Assembly (NCBI GenBank): GCA_944320305.1
Contig: CALUGW010000003.1
Location: forward strand, 45,372-109,371
Direction of reading: 5' to 3'
From: an uncultured Prevotella sp.
GTDB lineage: Bacteria; Bacteroidota; Bacteroidia; Bacteroidales; Bacteroidaceae
Length of the DNA stretch: 64,000 nucleotides
Below, one piece after another: positions 20,309 to 29,816 of this stretch. Under the pieces are notes generated by a model, which saw nothing but the letters and a program-made list of their open reading frames with translations, ran no database searches and was not told the origin of the DNA. Within the stretch, counting starts at the first letter, position 1, and every line of letters begins with the position of its first letter. Position numbers and translations under genes: made by a program.

Positions 20309-20887
20309 ATGAAAATAGCCATAATCGACAACTACGACTCCTTTACATACAATCTTGCGCACCTCGTGCGCGAGCTGGGCGCCGAGGCGGACGTCATGCG
20401 CAACGACAAGTTCCAGATAGGCGAGCTTGAGCGGTTTGACAAGATTATCCTCAGCCCCGGTCCGGGCATACCGTCGGAGGCCGGACTGATGCCGGAGGTC
20501 ATCAGGACCTACGCCGCCAGCAAGCCCATGCTCGGCGTGTGCCTCGGCCACCAGGCGCTCGGCGAGGCTTTCGGCGCACGGCTCACCAACCTCAGCGAGG
20601 TGTTCCACGGCGTGGCCACGGAGGGCACACAGTTTGGCAACGACTATATCTTCAGCTCGCTGCCACCGCGCATAACCATGGGGCGCTACCACTCGTGGGT
20701 GGTCAGCCGCGAGGGGCTGCCCGACTGCCTCGAGATAACGGCCGTGAGCGACGAGGGGCTTATAATGGGTCTGCGCCACAAGGACTACGACCTGCACGGC
20801 ATACAGTTCCATCCCGAGAGCGTGCTCACGCCCATGGGACGGACAATAGTGGGCAACTGGCTCGGCGGCACGCCCGCGCAGGCCTGA
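20309..20887 (+). CDS. trpG: Anthranilate synthase component II
   Basis: IDNYDSFTYN, SPGPG, GVCLGHQ, RYHS and QFHPES motifs. Confidence 0.95.
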   Translation: MKIAIIDNYDSFTYNLAHLVRELGAEADVMRNDKFQIGELERFDKIILSPGPGIPSEAGLMPEVIRTYAASKPMLGVCLGHQALGEAFGARLTNLSEVFHGVATEGTQFGNDYIFSSLPPRITMGRYHSWVVSREGLPDCLEITAVSDEGLIMGLRHKDYDLHGIQFHPESVLTPMGRTIVGNWLGGTPAQA

Positions 20888-20923
20888 CACAAGCACAAAC
20901 ATCCACAGCAAAAACACCGACTT

Positions 20924-21934
20924 ATGGAATACAAGATGAAAGAGATTCTCGACCGCATGCTCAACCACGAGGAGCTTACGCGCGAGGAAACGAAAGACAT
21001 TCTTATTGGCATCACGCGGTCAGAATATCCGCCGGAGCAGATAACGGCCCTGCTTACGGGCCTGCAGATGCGCGGAGTGACCGTGGACGAGCTGCTGGGA
21101 TTCCGCGACGGCATACTTGAGACGGGAATCCCCGTGCCGCTCGACTGCGACCGCTACATCGACGTTGTGGGCACCGGCGGCGACCGCAAGAACACCTTCA
21201 ACATCTCGACCACATCGTGCTTTGTAATAGCCGGGGCCGGCTACAAGGTGGCCAAGCACGGCAACTACTCCGCCACAAGCACCAGCGGGGCGTCGAACGT
21301 GATGGCGCGCCACGGCATACGCTTCACCGACGACGTTGAGAAGCTCAACCGGAGCCTCAACGGGTGCGGCATTGTCTACCTGCACGCGCAGCTCTTCGCA
21401 AGGGCGATGAAGTTCGTGGGTCCCATACGCAAGTCGCTGAGCTTCCCCACCTGCTTCAACCTGCTCGGCCCCATTGTCAACCCCGCCAAGCCGCAGTGCC
21501 AGCTGCTCGGCGTGGCCAACCTCGACCAGATGCGCCTTTACAACAACGTGTACCGCCGCATAGGCATCGACTACGCCATAGTGAACAGCACCGACGGCTA
21601 CGACGAGATCTCGCTCACCTCCGACTTCAAAGTGACGACAAACGCCTACGAGCGTGTCTTCTCGCCCGAAGACATCGGCCTGCACCACGCCAAGCCCGAA
21701 GAACTCGTGGCCGGCGCCACGGAGGAAGAGGCCGCCCGGATATTCGACAGCGTGCTCAACAACACCGCGCTGCCCGCCCAGAAGGAGATTGTGCTGGCCA
21801 ACGCGGCCTTCGGCATCCAGGTGCTGGAGCGCGGCGGCAAGAGCATTGAGGAGTGCATCGCCATAGCCCGCGAGTCGATAGACAGCGGGCGGGCGCTGGA
21901 GACATTCAGAAAATTTGTGGAACTTAACTCCTGA
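20924..21934 (+). CDS. trpD: Anthranilate phosphoribosyltransferase
   Basis: DVVGTGGD..NTFNIST, KHGN, FNLLGP and DEIS motifs. Confidence 0.96.
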   Translation: MEYKMKEILDRMLNHEELTREETKDILIGITRSEYPPEQITALLTGLQMRGVTVDELLGFRDGILETGIPVPLDCDRYIDVVGTGGDRKNTFNISTTSCFVIAGAGYKVAKHGNYSATSTSGASNVMARHGIRFTDDVEKLNRSLNGCGIVYLHAQLFARAMKFVGPIRKSLSFPTCFNLLGPIVNPAKPQCQLLGVANLDQMRLYNNVYRRIGIDYAIVNSTDGYDEISLTSDFKVTTNAYERVFSPEDIGLHHAKPEELVAGATEEEAARIFDSVLNNTALPAQKEIVLANAAFGIQVLERGGKSIEECIAIARESIDSGRALETFRKFVELNS

Positions 21935-21942
21935 GACAGCCA

Positions 21943-22731
21943 ATGAAAGACATACTTGAGGAAATCGTGGCGTGGAAACGCCGCGAGGTGGAGCAGCTGA
22001 AGCGGGAGCAGCCCGAGGCCGGACTGCGCGCGCTGGTGGAGCGCACGTGCACCGGCCAGCCCCCGAGCATGAGCCTGGCGCTGCGCCGCTCGCCCACGGG
22101 AATAATAGCCGAGTTCAAGCGCAAGTCGCCCTCGAAAGGCTGGATCAGGGAGGACGGCCGGGCCGAGGACATTCCGGCGGACTACCAGAAGAACGGGGCG
22201 GCGGCCCTGAGCATACTCACCGACAACAGGTTCTTCGGCGGGGAGGACAGCTTTATAGCGGCGGCGAGACGGTCGGGGGTGACGCTGCCGGTGCTCTACA
22301 AGAACTTTGTCATTGACGAGTACCAGCTTTTCCGCGCCCGGCTCTGCGGCGCGTCGGCCGTGCTGCTCATAGCGGCGTGCCTCAGCAAGAGCCGGTGCGC
22401 CGCGCTGGCGCGCGCGGCGCACAGCCTGGGGCTGGAGGTGCTGCTCGAGATGCACAGCGAGCCTGAGCTTGAATACACCGCCGCCGGCCCCGATATGTGC
22501 GGCATCAACAACCGCAACCTCGGCACGTTCGTGACCGACACCGCCACGTCGTTCCGGCTGGGCAGACTGCTCCCGGCCGACAGCGTGAAGGTGAGCGAGA
22601 GCGGAATATCGTCGCCGGAAACCGTGAGGAGGCTGCGCTCGGCAGGCTTCAGCGGCTTTCTGATTGGCGAGCACTTCATGAAGGCCGACTCGCCTGGCAT
22701 GGAGCTTAACAAGTTTATAAGCGCGATATGA
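21943..22731 (+). CDS. trpC: Indole-3-glycerol phosphate synthase
   Basis: IAEFKRKSPSKG, LSILTD, GINNRNL and VSESGI motifs. Confidence 0.95.
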   Translation: MKDILEEIVAWKRREVEQLKREQPEAGLRALVERTCTGQPPSMSLALRRSPTGIIAEFKRKSPSKGWIREDGRAEDIPADYQKNGAAALSILTDNRFFGGEDSFIAAARRSGVTLPVLYKNFVIDEYQLFRARLCGASAVLLIAACLSKSRCAALARAAHSLGLEVLLEMHSEPELEYTAAGPDMCGINNRNLGTFVTDTATSFRLGRLLPADSVKVSESGISSPETVRRLRSAGFSGFLIGEHFMKADSPGMELNKFISAI

Positions 22732-23396
22732 TAATAAAGGTGTGCGGAATGAAATACGCCGACAACATCGGCGATGTTGCCGCGCTGGGTGCAGACATGG
22801 TGGGCATGGTGTTCTACAACAAGTCGCCGCGCTGTGTGGCGCAGCCGCCGGCTGGCGCCGGGCGCCCCCCCGGCACGGACGGCTGCCGCCTTGTGGGCGT
22901 GTTTGTCGACGCCTCGGTGCAGGAGATTATTGCCCGGGCGGCCGCCTTCAGGCTCGACGCGGTGCAGCTGCACGGCAGCGAGCCGCCTGTGATGCTGGAC
23001 AATCTGCGCCGCACGCTGTGCCCCGACATCTGCCCTGAGCTGAAGATAATAAAAGCCGTGGGCATAGGCTGCGCCGCCGACTTTGACAAATGCGCCGCCT
23101 ACGAGGGCAGCGCAGACTGCCTGCTCTTCGACACGCGGTGCGCGGGAGCAGGCGGCAGCGGCAGGCATTTCGACTGGAAGCTGCTCGACCGCTACACCGG
23201 CCGGCTACCGTTCATACTCAGCGGCGGCATAGGCCCGGGCGACGAGGAGGCCGTTGCGGCCCTGCGCCACCCCAAGCTGTGCGGCATCGACCTGAACTCG
23301 CGCTTCGAGACCGCGCCGGGCCTTAAGGACGTGAGCCTGCTGCGGCCGTTCATCGGGCGGCTGCGCAGCGCATGGCGGCAGCGCATGGATAATTGA
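22728..23396 (+). CDS. trpF: Phosphoribosylanthranilate isomerase
   Basis: IKVCG, VGVF, VQLHGSE, GGSG and DLNSRFE..PG motifs; ATGA overlap with trpC. Confidence 0.94.
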   Translation: MIIKVCGMKYADNIGDVAALGADMVGMVFYNKSPRCVAQPPAGAGRPPGTDGCRLVGVFVDASVQEIIARAAAFRLDAVQLHGSEPPVMLDNLRRTLCPDICPELKIIKAVGIGCAADFDKCAAYEGSADCLLFDTRCAGAGGSGRHFDWKLLDRYTGRLPFILSGGIGPGDEEAVAALRHPKLCGIDLNSRFETAPGLKDVSLLRPFIGRLRSAWRQRMDN

Positions 23397-23419
23397 CGAC
23401 AAGACAAAAACATCAGAAT

Positions 23420-24211
23420 ATGAACAAAATCAACGAACTGTTCAAGAGCGCAGGCGACAGAAAGCTGCTCTCGCTCTATTTCTGTGCCGGGTGCCCCACT
23501 GCCGAGGGCACTGCCGACACGCTCAGGGCCATGCAGAGGCGTGGCATCGACATGGTGGAGGTGGGCATTCCGTTCAGCGACCCCATGGCCGACGGGCCGG
23601 TGATACAGGACGCCGCCACGCGCGCGCTGAGAAACGGCATGACGCTGGGCCGCATATTCGCGCAGCTCAAGGCCGTGAAAGATGAGATAACAATGCCGCT
23701 CGTGCTCATGGGCTATCTCAACCCCATACTGCAGTACGGCATTGAGCCGTTCTGCCGCAGCTGCGTGGAGTGCGGGGTGTCGGGGGCTATCATACCCGAC
23801 CTGCCGTTCAAGGACTATATGGACGTGGTGAAGCCGGTGGCCGACCGCTACGACCTGAGGGTGATAATGCTGATAACCCCCGAGACAAGCGAGGAGCGCA
23901 TACGCTTTATCGACGAGCATACAGACGGGTTCATCTACATGGTGTCGTCGGCAGCCACCACCGGGGCGCAAAAGCTCTTCGACGCGCAGAAGCTCGACTA
24001 CTTCCGCCGCATAAATGCCATGGGGCTGCACAATCCCAGAATGATTGGCTTCGGAATATCCAACCGCCAGACTTTGGAAAGCTCGCAGGCCAATGCCGCG
24101 GGGGCGATTATCGGCAGCAAATTCGTGACTCTGCTGAACGAGAGCCACAATGCCGACGAGGCGCTTGACAAACTGTTCGAGGCTCTTGGCCTACAGGACG
24201 GAGACCGCTGA
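23420..24211 (+). CDS. trpA: Tryptophan synthase alpha chain
   Basis: EVGIPFSDPMADGPVIQ, LMGYLNP and GFGI motifs. Confidence 0.95.
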   Translation: MNKINELFKSAGDRKLLSLYFCAGCPTAEGTADTLRAMQRRGIDMVEVGIPFSDPMADGPVIQDAATRALRNGMTLGRIFAQLKAVKDEITMPLVLMGYLNPILQYGIEPFCRSCVECGVSGAIIPDLPFKDYMDVVKPVADRYDLRVIMLITPETSEERIRFIDEHTDGFIYMVSSAATTGAQKLFDAQKLDYFRRINAMGLHNPRMIGFGISNRQTLESSQANAAGAIIGSKFVTLLNESHNADEALDKLFEALGLQDGDR

Positions 24212-24253
24212 CGCCGCCTCTCTTTTTACCAGGAGAGACCATTGAGGAGCCGA

Positions 24254-24590
24254 AATTTTAACACTTCAAAATCAAGCGAAATAGAAGCGCGGGGGCGGTT
24301 TCGGGCATCTGAAACCACCGGAAAAGCACAACAATTTTGCAAAACGGCCTGTTTCGCATTGCGAAACAGGCCGTTTTGCATTGCGATATAGGCCATATTG
24401 CAAGCTGATATGCCCCTTTTCAGAGCCGGATTTTGACCATTTGGGGGCTGAAAAAGGCTGTTTCGAGGGCTGATTTCATTGCACAACCGGGCCAATTAGG
24501 CCAATAAGTCCAATCAAGCCAACCAGTTACGGTTGCACACTCATATTTCGCGTATTTGCGGCGAACGGCAAACGATTTTCAAATACGCGA
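24254..24590 (+). repeat. Dispersed repeat family A, full-length 337-bp copy
   Basis: Collinear with the reverse complement of 50961-51297 and with 60576-~60780. Contains a perfect palindrome with 21-bp arms at 24338-24380. Confidence 0.8.
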
Positions 24591-24687
24591 ATTTTCAGGG
24601 CTTTATTCATGGCGGAATTTAACTGTGGTAAATGCATGTTAAAGAGCCACAGGCGTCGCCGACGCGCGAGCCATGCATCGTCTTAAT

Positions 24688-24840
24688 AAATATCCACAAG
24701 CTGCCAAGTTGTGTGCTCCATAAAGGGCGTGTCTCGCTATCAGTCATTCCGCGCGCCGACGCGGAATGACAGTTGGCGAGACACGCCTTTATAGACGCCT
24801 TTATGGAGGACACAATTTGGCAAATTGCGGATATTCATTT
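24688..24840. repeat. Dispersed repeat family C, complete hairpin (MITE/REP-like)
   Basis: Imperfect long inverted arms (…GCCAAGTTGTGTGCTCCATAAAGGGCGTGTCTCGC / GCGAGACACGCC…TTATGGAGGACACAATTTGGC…) around an inner GTCATTCCGCG/CGCGGAATGAC stem. Confidence 0.75.
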
Positions 24841-24871
24841 GCATAATCCAAAACAAATAATTATCTTTGCA
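24838..24871 (+). promoter_or_regulatory. Promoter for the methyltransferase-nuclease cassette
   Basis: TTTG at 24838-24841, 20-nt spacer, TATCTTTGCA at 24862-24871. Confidence 0.7.
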
Positions 24872-25004
24872 GACGCACCCTGCAAATACCGGCGGCCAAC
24901 AATGCCGTGGCAGGAGGCAAGAACAAAAACAACAAAACGCAAACAGAAAGAAAGGAACAGACAAGAAACAGACATATCTTTTAATCACACATATTGAATA
25001 ACTA

Positions 25005-25252
25005 AGAAGCATTAGCTATTATTTCGCGTTCGGCAAAGTCTCGCAAACTAAAAAGAACCACATGAAATAATGCTAAAAGTTGTGGCGTACACAAACTCCA
25101 CAAGCACCGATATGGTTAATGCTCACGCTGAATAGCGTGGGCAACTTATCGTGCTTGTGGGGGCTATGCGAGACGCCCGCCGAACGGATAAGAAGCCCGC
25201 GCTTCTTTTATCCGGCTGTGATTGATAGTGGATGCTCGCAAACTATCAATCT
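25005..25252 (+). ncRNA. Putative structured cis-regulatory leader RNA upstream of the methyltransferase
   Basis: Nested complementary segments CGTTCGGC/GCCGAACG, GTCTCGCA/TGCGAGAC, CTCCACAAGCAC/GTGCTTGTGGGG and GCTCACGCT/AGCGTGGGC, plus two 3' hairpins. Folded by eye only. Confidence 0.6.
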
Positions 25253-25254
25253 TC

Positions 25255-26331
25255 ATGACTTATAAAAACCTACACGCAGCAAAACGCGCAAAGCAAGACG
25301 AGTTCTACACACAGCTCTCCGACATCGAGCGCGAGCTGCAACATTACTGGCCGCACTTCTGCGGCAAGACCGTGCTCTGCAACTGCGACGACCCTTATGA
25401 GAGCAACTTCTTCAAGTATTTCGCGCTCAATTTCAATATGCTTAGACTGCGTAAACTCATTTGCACCTGCTACAATGGCTCGCCCGTGCTGGGCAACGAG
25501 TTGCTGCTGCACTTCGACGGATTCGACACTGAGCCTCAAAAACAGGCATACAAGGTGGAGATAACGGAGGTGAAAGACGAAAACGGAGACGGTGCAGTCG
25601 ACCTTTCGGACGTGCGTTTGCTACTTCACAATGATAAAAATGTCCTCGCCACCTTACAAAGCGGCGATTTTCGCTCACAAGAATGTATCGAGTTGCTGAA
25701 AGAGGCAGACATTGTCGTGACCAATCCGCCGTTCTCTCTTTTCAGAGAATACATCGGACAGTTGATAGAATATGGCAAGAAATTTTTGATTATCGGCAAC
25801 CAAAATGTAATAACATATAAAGAAATTTTTCCATTAATGATGGAAAACAAGATATGGCTTGGATATAAATCAGGCGATATGGCATTCAGAGTTCCTGATG
25901 ATTATGGGCCGAGAAGTACAAGATATTGGGTAGACGAAACAGGACAAAAGTGGAGAAGCATGGGAAACATTTGCTGGTTTACTAATCTTGACCACAACAA
26001 ACGACATGAAATAATGGATTTAATTTGCCGATATTCTCCTGATGATTATCCCAAATACGACAACTATTATGCCATCGATGTAGGAAAAACCGCAAATATA
26101 CCTTATGATTACGATGGAATAATGGGAGTTCCTATTACATTTCTCGACAAGTATAATCCAGACCAATTTGAAATTGTCGGAACGACAGAAAGTCAAGGCA
26201 AAGGTTTTTCCAATGGCCTTTGGAAAGCAGAAAGCAAAGTGGCACAACCGCTAATCAACGGACACAAAGTTTACATACGCATTTTTATTAAACTTAAGAA
26301 ACTAAAGACCCCCAAAACAGTAACCACATGA
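25255..26331 (+). CDS. Adenine-specific DNA methyltransferase, EcoRI methylase family
   Basis: KQDEFYT, VLCNCDDP, SGDFRSQECIELLKEADIVVTNPPFSLFREY and MGVPITFLDKYNPDQFEI motifs characteristic of the family. Confidence 0.88.
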   Translation: MTYKNLHAAKRAKQDEFYTQLSDIERELQHYWPHFCGKTVLCNCDDPYESNFFKYFALNFNMLRLRKLICTCYNGSPVLGNELLLHFDGFDTEPQKQAYKVEITEVKDENGDGAVDLSDVRLLLHNDKNVLATLQSGDFRSQECIELLKEADIVVTNPPFSLFREYIGQLIEYGKKFLIIGNQNVITYKEIFPLMMENKIWLGYKSGDMAFRVPDDYGPRSTRYWVDETGQKWRSMGNICWFTNLDHNKRHEIMDLICRYSPDDYPKYDNYYAIDVGKTANIPYDYDGIMGVPITFLDKYNPDQFEIVGTTESQGKGFSNGLWKAESKVAQPLINGHKVYIRIFIKLKKLKTPKTVTT

Positions 26332-27452
26332 TGACCATCAAACAGATTGAAGTTTCCGTCGGCGAAGTGTGCGACGGCTACGTTAACAACGACGAGCAGG
26401 GAGTGCGCGGCTACGGCGGCAGGCTCGACATAAGGCCACCGTACCAGCGCGAGTTCATCTACGACGAAAAGGAGCAGAGGGCCGTCATCAACACCGTGCT
26501 GAACGGTTATCCGCTCAACGTGATGTACTGGGTGAGGCGGAGCGGCGACGCAGAATGCCCCTACGAGGTGATGGACGGCCAGCAGCGCACGCTCTCGCTG
26601 TGCCAGTATGTGGCGGGGAGGTTCGCCGTTGACTACAAGAACTTCGGCAACCTGACGCCCGACGTCAGGCGGCGCATTCTGGACTACCGCCTGACAGTCT
26701 ACGTCTGCGAGGGCGAGGAGTCTGAAAAATTAGAGTGGTTCCGCACGATAAACATCGCTGGCAAGCCGCTCAACGAGCAGGAGATACGCAACGCCGTATA
26801 CGCCGGGCCGTTTGTGAGCGACGCCAAGCGCCACTTCTCTAAGACCAACTGCGCCGCCAAGCGGCTCGGCGGCGACCTCGTGGGCGGATCGCCCATACGC
26901 CAGGACCTGCTGAAGAAAGCCCTGGAGTGGATGGCAGACCACGAGACGCGCCTCGGACACCGCCAGACGGCCGTGGGTTATATGGCCGACCACCAGCACG
27001 ACCCCAACGCCAACAACCTGTGGACATACTTCCAGACGGTGATAAACTGGGCGATAACAAACTTCGACCCGAGGCGGTTCAAGAAGATAATGAAAGGCGT
27101 TGACTGGGCCACCCTATACGACCGCTACGGCGGCGAGACGCTCGACACCGCCGCACTGGGCGCCCGCATCAGCGCTCTGATGCGCGACAGCGAGATTCAG
27201 CGCCCCACGGGCATCATCCCATACGCGCTGACCGGCGACGAGCGATGGCTCGACCTGCGCGCCTTTCCCGACGACATGAAACTGGCGGCGTGGGAGCGGC
27301 AGGGGCACATTTGCCCGCTGTGCGGGCGCGAGATGGACTTTGAGTTCATGGAGGGCGACCACATAACGCCGTGGCGCGAGGGCGGACGCACCGTGGCGGA
27401 GAACTGCCAGATGCTCTGCCGCGAGTGCAACAGGCGCAAAGGAGCTAAGTGA
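26328..27452 (+). CDS. DUF262 (GmrSD-like ParB/Srx fold) plus HNH endonuclease
   Basis: RPPYQRE, DGQQR and FRTINIAGKPLNEQE DUF262 motifs; C-terminal CPLC…DHITPW…GG…NCQMLCRECN HNH domain; ATGA overlap with the MTase. Confidence 0.85.
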   Translation: MMTIKQIEVSVGEVCDGYVNNDEQGVRGYGGRLDIRPPYQREFIYDEKEQRAVINTVLNGYPLNVMYWVRRSGDAECPYEVMDGQQRTLSLCQYVAGRFAVDYKNFGNLTPDVRRRILDYRLTVYVCEGEESEKLEWFRTINIAGKPLNEQEIRNAVYAGPFVSDAKRHFSKTNCAAKRLGGDLVGGSPIRQDLLKKALEWMADHETRLGHRQTAVGYMADHQHDPNANNLWTYFQTVINWAITNFDPRRFKKIMKGVDWATLYDRYGGETLDTAALGARISALMRDSEIQRPTGIIPYALTGDERWLDLRAFPDDMKLAAWERQGHICPLCGREMDFEFMEGDHITPWREGGRTVAENCQMLCRECNRRKGAK

Positions 27453-27480
27453 GCTAAGCTTATAAAATATTTAAGGCACG

Positions 27481-27520
27481 AAAAAGGCGGCGCGGAGAAG
27501 TTTCCGTGCCGCCTTTGTTG
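27481..27520. terminator. Bidirectional terminator between the nuclease and rny
   Basis: AAAGGCGGCGCGGA / TCCGTGCCGCCTTT stem with A-rich and T-rich flanks. Confidence 0.8.
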
Positions 27521-27550
27521 CGGTTATAGTCCATGGCTGTAGTGGCGCCG

Positions 27551-29086
27551 TCACTTGGCGTAAGCCACGCTGCGGGTCTCGCGGATGACGGTGATCTTCA
27601 CCTGTCCGGGATAGGTCATCTCGGTCTGGATCTTGTTGGCAATGTCGCCAGAGAGCGCCTCGGCGGCCTTGTCGTCCATCTTGTCGGCCCCGACAATGAC
27701 GCGAAGCTCGCGTCCGGCCTGTATGGCGTAGGTCTTGGTGACGCCGGGATAGCTCATGGCGATGGCCTCAAGGTCGTTGAGACGCTTGATGTAAGCCTCC
27801 ACAATCTCGCGGCGGGCGCCGGGACGGGCGCCGCTGATGGCGTCGCACACCTGCACAATCGGGGCGAGCAGCGTGTTCATCTCGCACTCGTCGTGGTGGG
27901 CGGCGATGGCGTTGCAGATGTCGGGCTTCTCCTTGTACTTCTCTGCTATCTTCGCCCCGTAGAGCGCGTGGGGCAGCTCGCTCTCCTCGTCGGGCACCTT
28001 GCCGATGTCGTGCAGAAGTCCGGCGCGCTTGGCCTTCTTGGGGTTCAGGCCCAGCTCAGAGGCCATGACGGCACAGAGATTGGCCGTCTCGCGGGCGTGC
28101 TGGAGCAGGTTCTGGCCGTAGGAGCTGCGATACTTCATCTTGCCGATGATGCGGATAAGCTCCGGGTGCAGGCCGTGGATGCCCAGGTCTATGGCAGTGC
28201 GCTTGCCGGTCTCTATCACCTCGTTGTCGAGCTGCTTCTTGACCTTCTGCACAACCTCCTCGATGCGGGCCGGATGTATGCGTCCGTCGGACACGAGCTG
28301 GTGCAGAGCCAGACGGCAGACCTCGCGGCGGATGGGGTCGAACGCGCTGATGACGATGGCCTCGGGGGTGTCGTCAACGACAATCTCCACCCCGGTGGCA
28401 GCCTCGAGGGCACGGATGTTGCGGCCCTCGCGGCCGATGATGCGGCCTTTCACCTCGTCGTTGTCAATGTGGAACACGCTCACGCTGTTCTCGATGGCGG
28501 TCTCGGTGGCCACACGCTGTATGGTCTGGATGACTATCTTGCGCGCCTGGGCGTTGGCGTTGAGCTTGGCCTCGTCCATAATCTCGTTGATGTAGCTCTG
28601 GGCGTCGGTCTTGGCCTCGTCCTTCATAGCCTCCACAAGGCGCTGCTTGGCCTCCTCGGCGCTGAGGCCCGAAAGCTCCTCGAGCTTCTCGCGCTCCTGC
28701 AGCTGCATTTTCTCAAGCTCGTCGGTGCGTATCTGGAGCAGCTTCTTCTCATTGTCGATGCGCACCTGCTGGTTGTCAAGGTCGTTCTTGCGACGGCCCA
28801 GTTCCTCCTGGCGCTGGTTGAGAGAAATCTCGCGCTGCTTGAGCTTGTTCTCGCTCTGCTGTATGTGCTGGTTGCGCACCTGCACCTCTTTCTCAAGCTC
28901 GCTCTTCTTGTTAAGGAACTTCTCCTTGACCTCAAGGAGCTTTTTCTCTTTCATTACGTCGGCCTCTTTTGCGGCGGCGTCAATCATCTCATTGTATTTT
29001 CCCTTTAAAATATATCGGAAAACGAGATAACCGCCCAGCCCTCCGACAACGAGAGCGGCCACGGCGATAATTATTGTTAGAATCAT
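27551..29086 (-). CDS. rny: Ribonuclease Y
   Basis: N-terminal TM helix, coiled coil, KH domain ([13 protein letters not shown]), HD motif (GLLHDIGK), [11 protein letters not shown]. Confidence 0.97.
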   Translation of the reverse strand: MILTIIIAVAALVVGGLGGYLVFRYILKGKYNEMIDAAAKEADVMKEKKLLEVKEKFLNKKSELEKEVQVRNQHIQQSENKLKQREISLNQRQEELGRRKNDLDNQQVRIDNEKKLLQIRTDELEKMQLQEREKLEELSGLSAEEAKQRLVEAMKDEAKTDAQSYINEIMDEAKLNANAQARKIVIQTIQRVATETAIENSVSVFHIDNDEVKGRIIGREGRNIRALEAATGVEIVVDDTPEAIVISAFDPIRREVCRLALHQLVSDGRIHPARIEEVVQKVKKQLDNEVIETGKRTAIDLGIHGLHPELIRIIGKMKYRSSYGQNLLQHARETANLCAVMASELGLNPKKAKRAGLLHDIGKVPDEESELPHALYGAKIAEKYKEKPDICNAIAAHHDECEMNTLLAPIVQVCDAISGARPGARREIVEAYIKRLNDLEAIAMSYPGVTKTYAIQAGRELRVIVGADKMDDKAAEALSGDIANKIQTEMTYPGQVKITVIRETRSVAYAK

Positions 29087-29116
29087 AAAGCTAAATTATA
29101 AAATTGTTAAATATTC

Positions 29117-29425
29117 TCATTTCTTTTCTCCTAAAGCATCTTCGATTTCGGCAGTCAGGCTCGTGAGAATATCATTATAAGGCGCGGTGTCGTTCTTTGA
29201 GCGCTCCTTCTGGTACTGGAGCGCAATGTCAATGAGCGTCATCAGCGCTATGGTGTGGTCGCCCTTACGGCCCTTGTATATCTGAGCGTAGACATTGTAG
29301 CGGTCCGTAATGAGCTTGGCTGCGGAGCGGTAGAACTCCTCGTCACTGCGGTCGATGAGCACTTCTATCTCCTCATCGTAGACATGCAGCCTGATATGTA
29401 ATTTTTCACTGTTCTGATTTGCCAT
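29117..29425 (-). CDS. zapA: Cell division protein ZapA
   Basis: EEFYRSAAKLIT…ALMTLIDIA ZapA-like pattern; conserved position upstream of rny. Confidence 0.8.
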   Translation of the reverse strand: MANQNSEKLHIRLHVYDEEIEVLIDRSDEEFYRSAAKLITDRYNVYAQIYKGRKGDHTIALMTLIDIALQYQKERSKNDTAPYNDILTSLTAEIEDALGEKK

Positions 29426-29436
29426 CAATCTCTGCC

Positions 29437-29733
29437 TTATTTCTGTTCCGACAAGATTGCTATGCACCTGTTGACATCCCGTATCAGCCCCGCGAGCCTG
29501 TCCTTGACGCGGTCTATGTCGCCGTCGGACACCTCTACCATCTTCATCATTTTCAGCGTGTCGTACTCGTATGACTTCTGCTTCAGCTGCTCGCGCAGTT
29601 CCTTAATCTCGCGCTCGCCGCTGTCAACCATGGCATACAGCTCCTCGTTCTCCTTTTTCAGCTGCCGGAGCTGAAGGATCATCTGCCGCACGCGGGTCTG
29701 GAACAATGCCAATGTCTGCTCGTCGAAAGTCAT
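29437..29733 (-). CDS. Coiled-coil protein (ZapB-like)
   Basis: Heptad pattern and C-terminal LIRDVNRCIAILS; lies upstream of zapA. Confidence 0.6.
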   Translation of the reverse strand: MTFDEQTLALFQTRVRQMILQLRQLKKENEELYAMVDSGEREIKELREQLKQKSYEYDTLKMMKMVEVSDGDIDRVKDRLAGLIRDVNRCIAILSEQK

Positions 29734-29816
29734 TGCCGACAACTTAACTTAACAATAAATGAAACCGATACGGAGCCTGCGGAACCCGCCTCGCGGGATG
29801 CCGGAAGCTGCGACTG

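Noticed and set aside
17644-24211. trp operon as a horizontally acquired GC-rich island
   Set aside because: Similar GC levels occur in core genes at 52-63 kb, the gene order is the standard Bacteroidetes order, and there are no mobility signs.
25080-25265. 61-aa ORF upstream of the methyltransferase
   Set aside because: Non-ATG start, no motif, and it coincides with the paired RNA. The structure explains the sequence better than coding does.
29087-29116. 6S RNA expected near zapA
   Set aside because: Only 30 bp separate zapA and rny, which is too short for 6S RNA.
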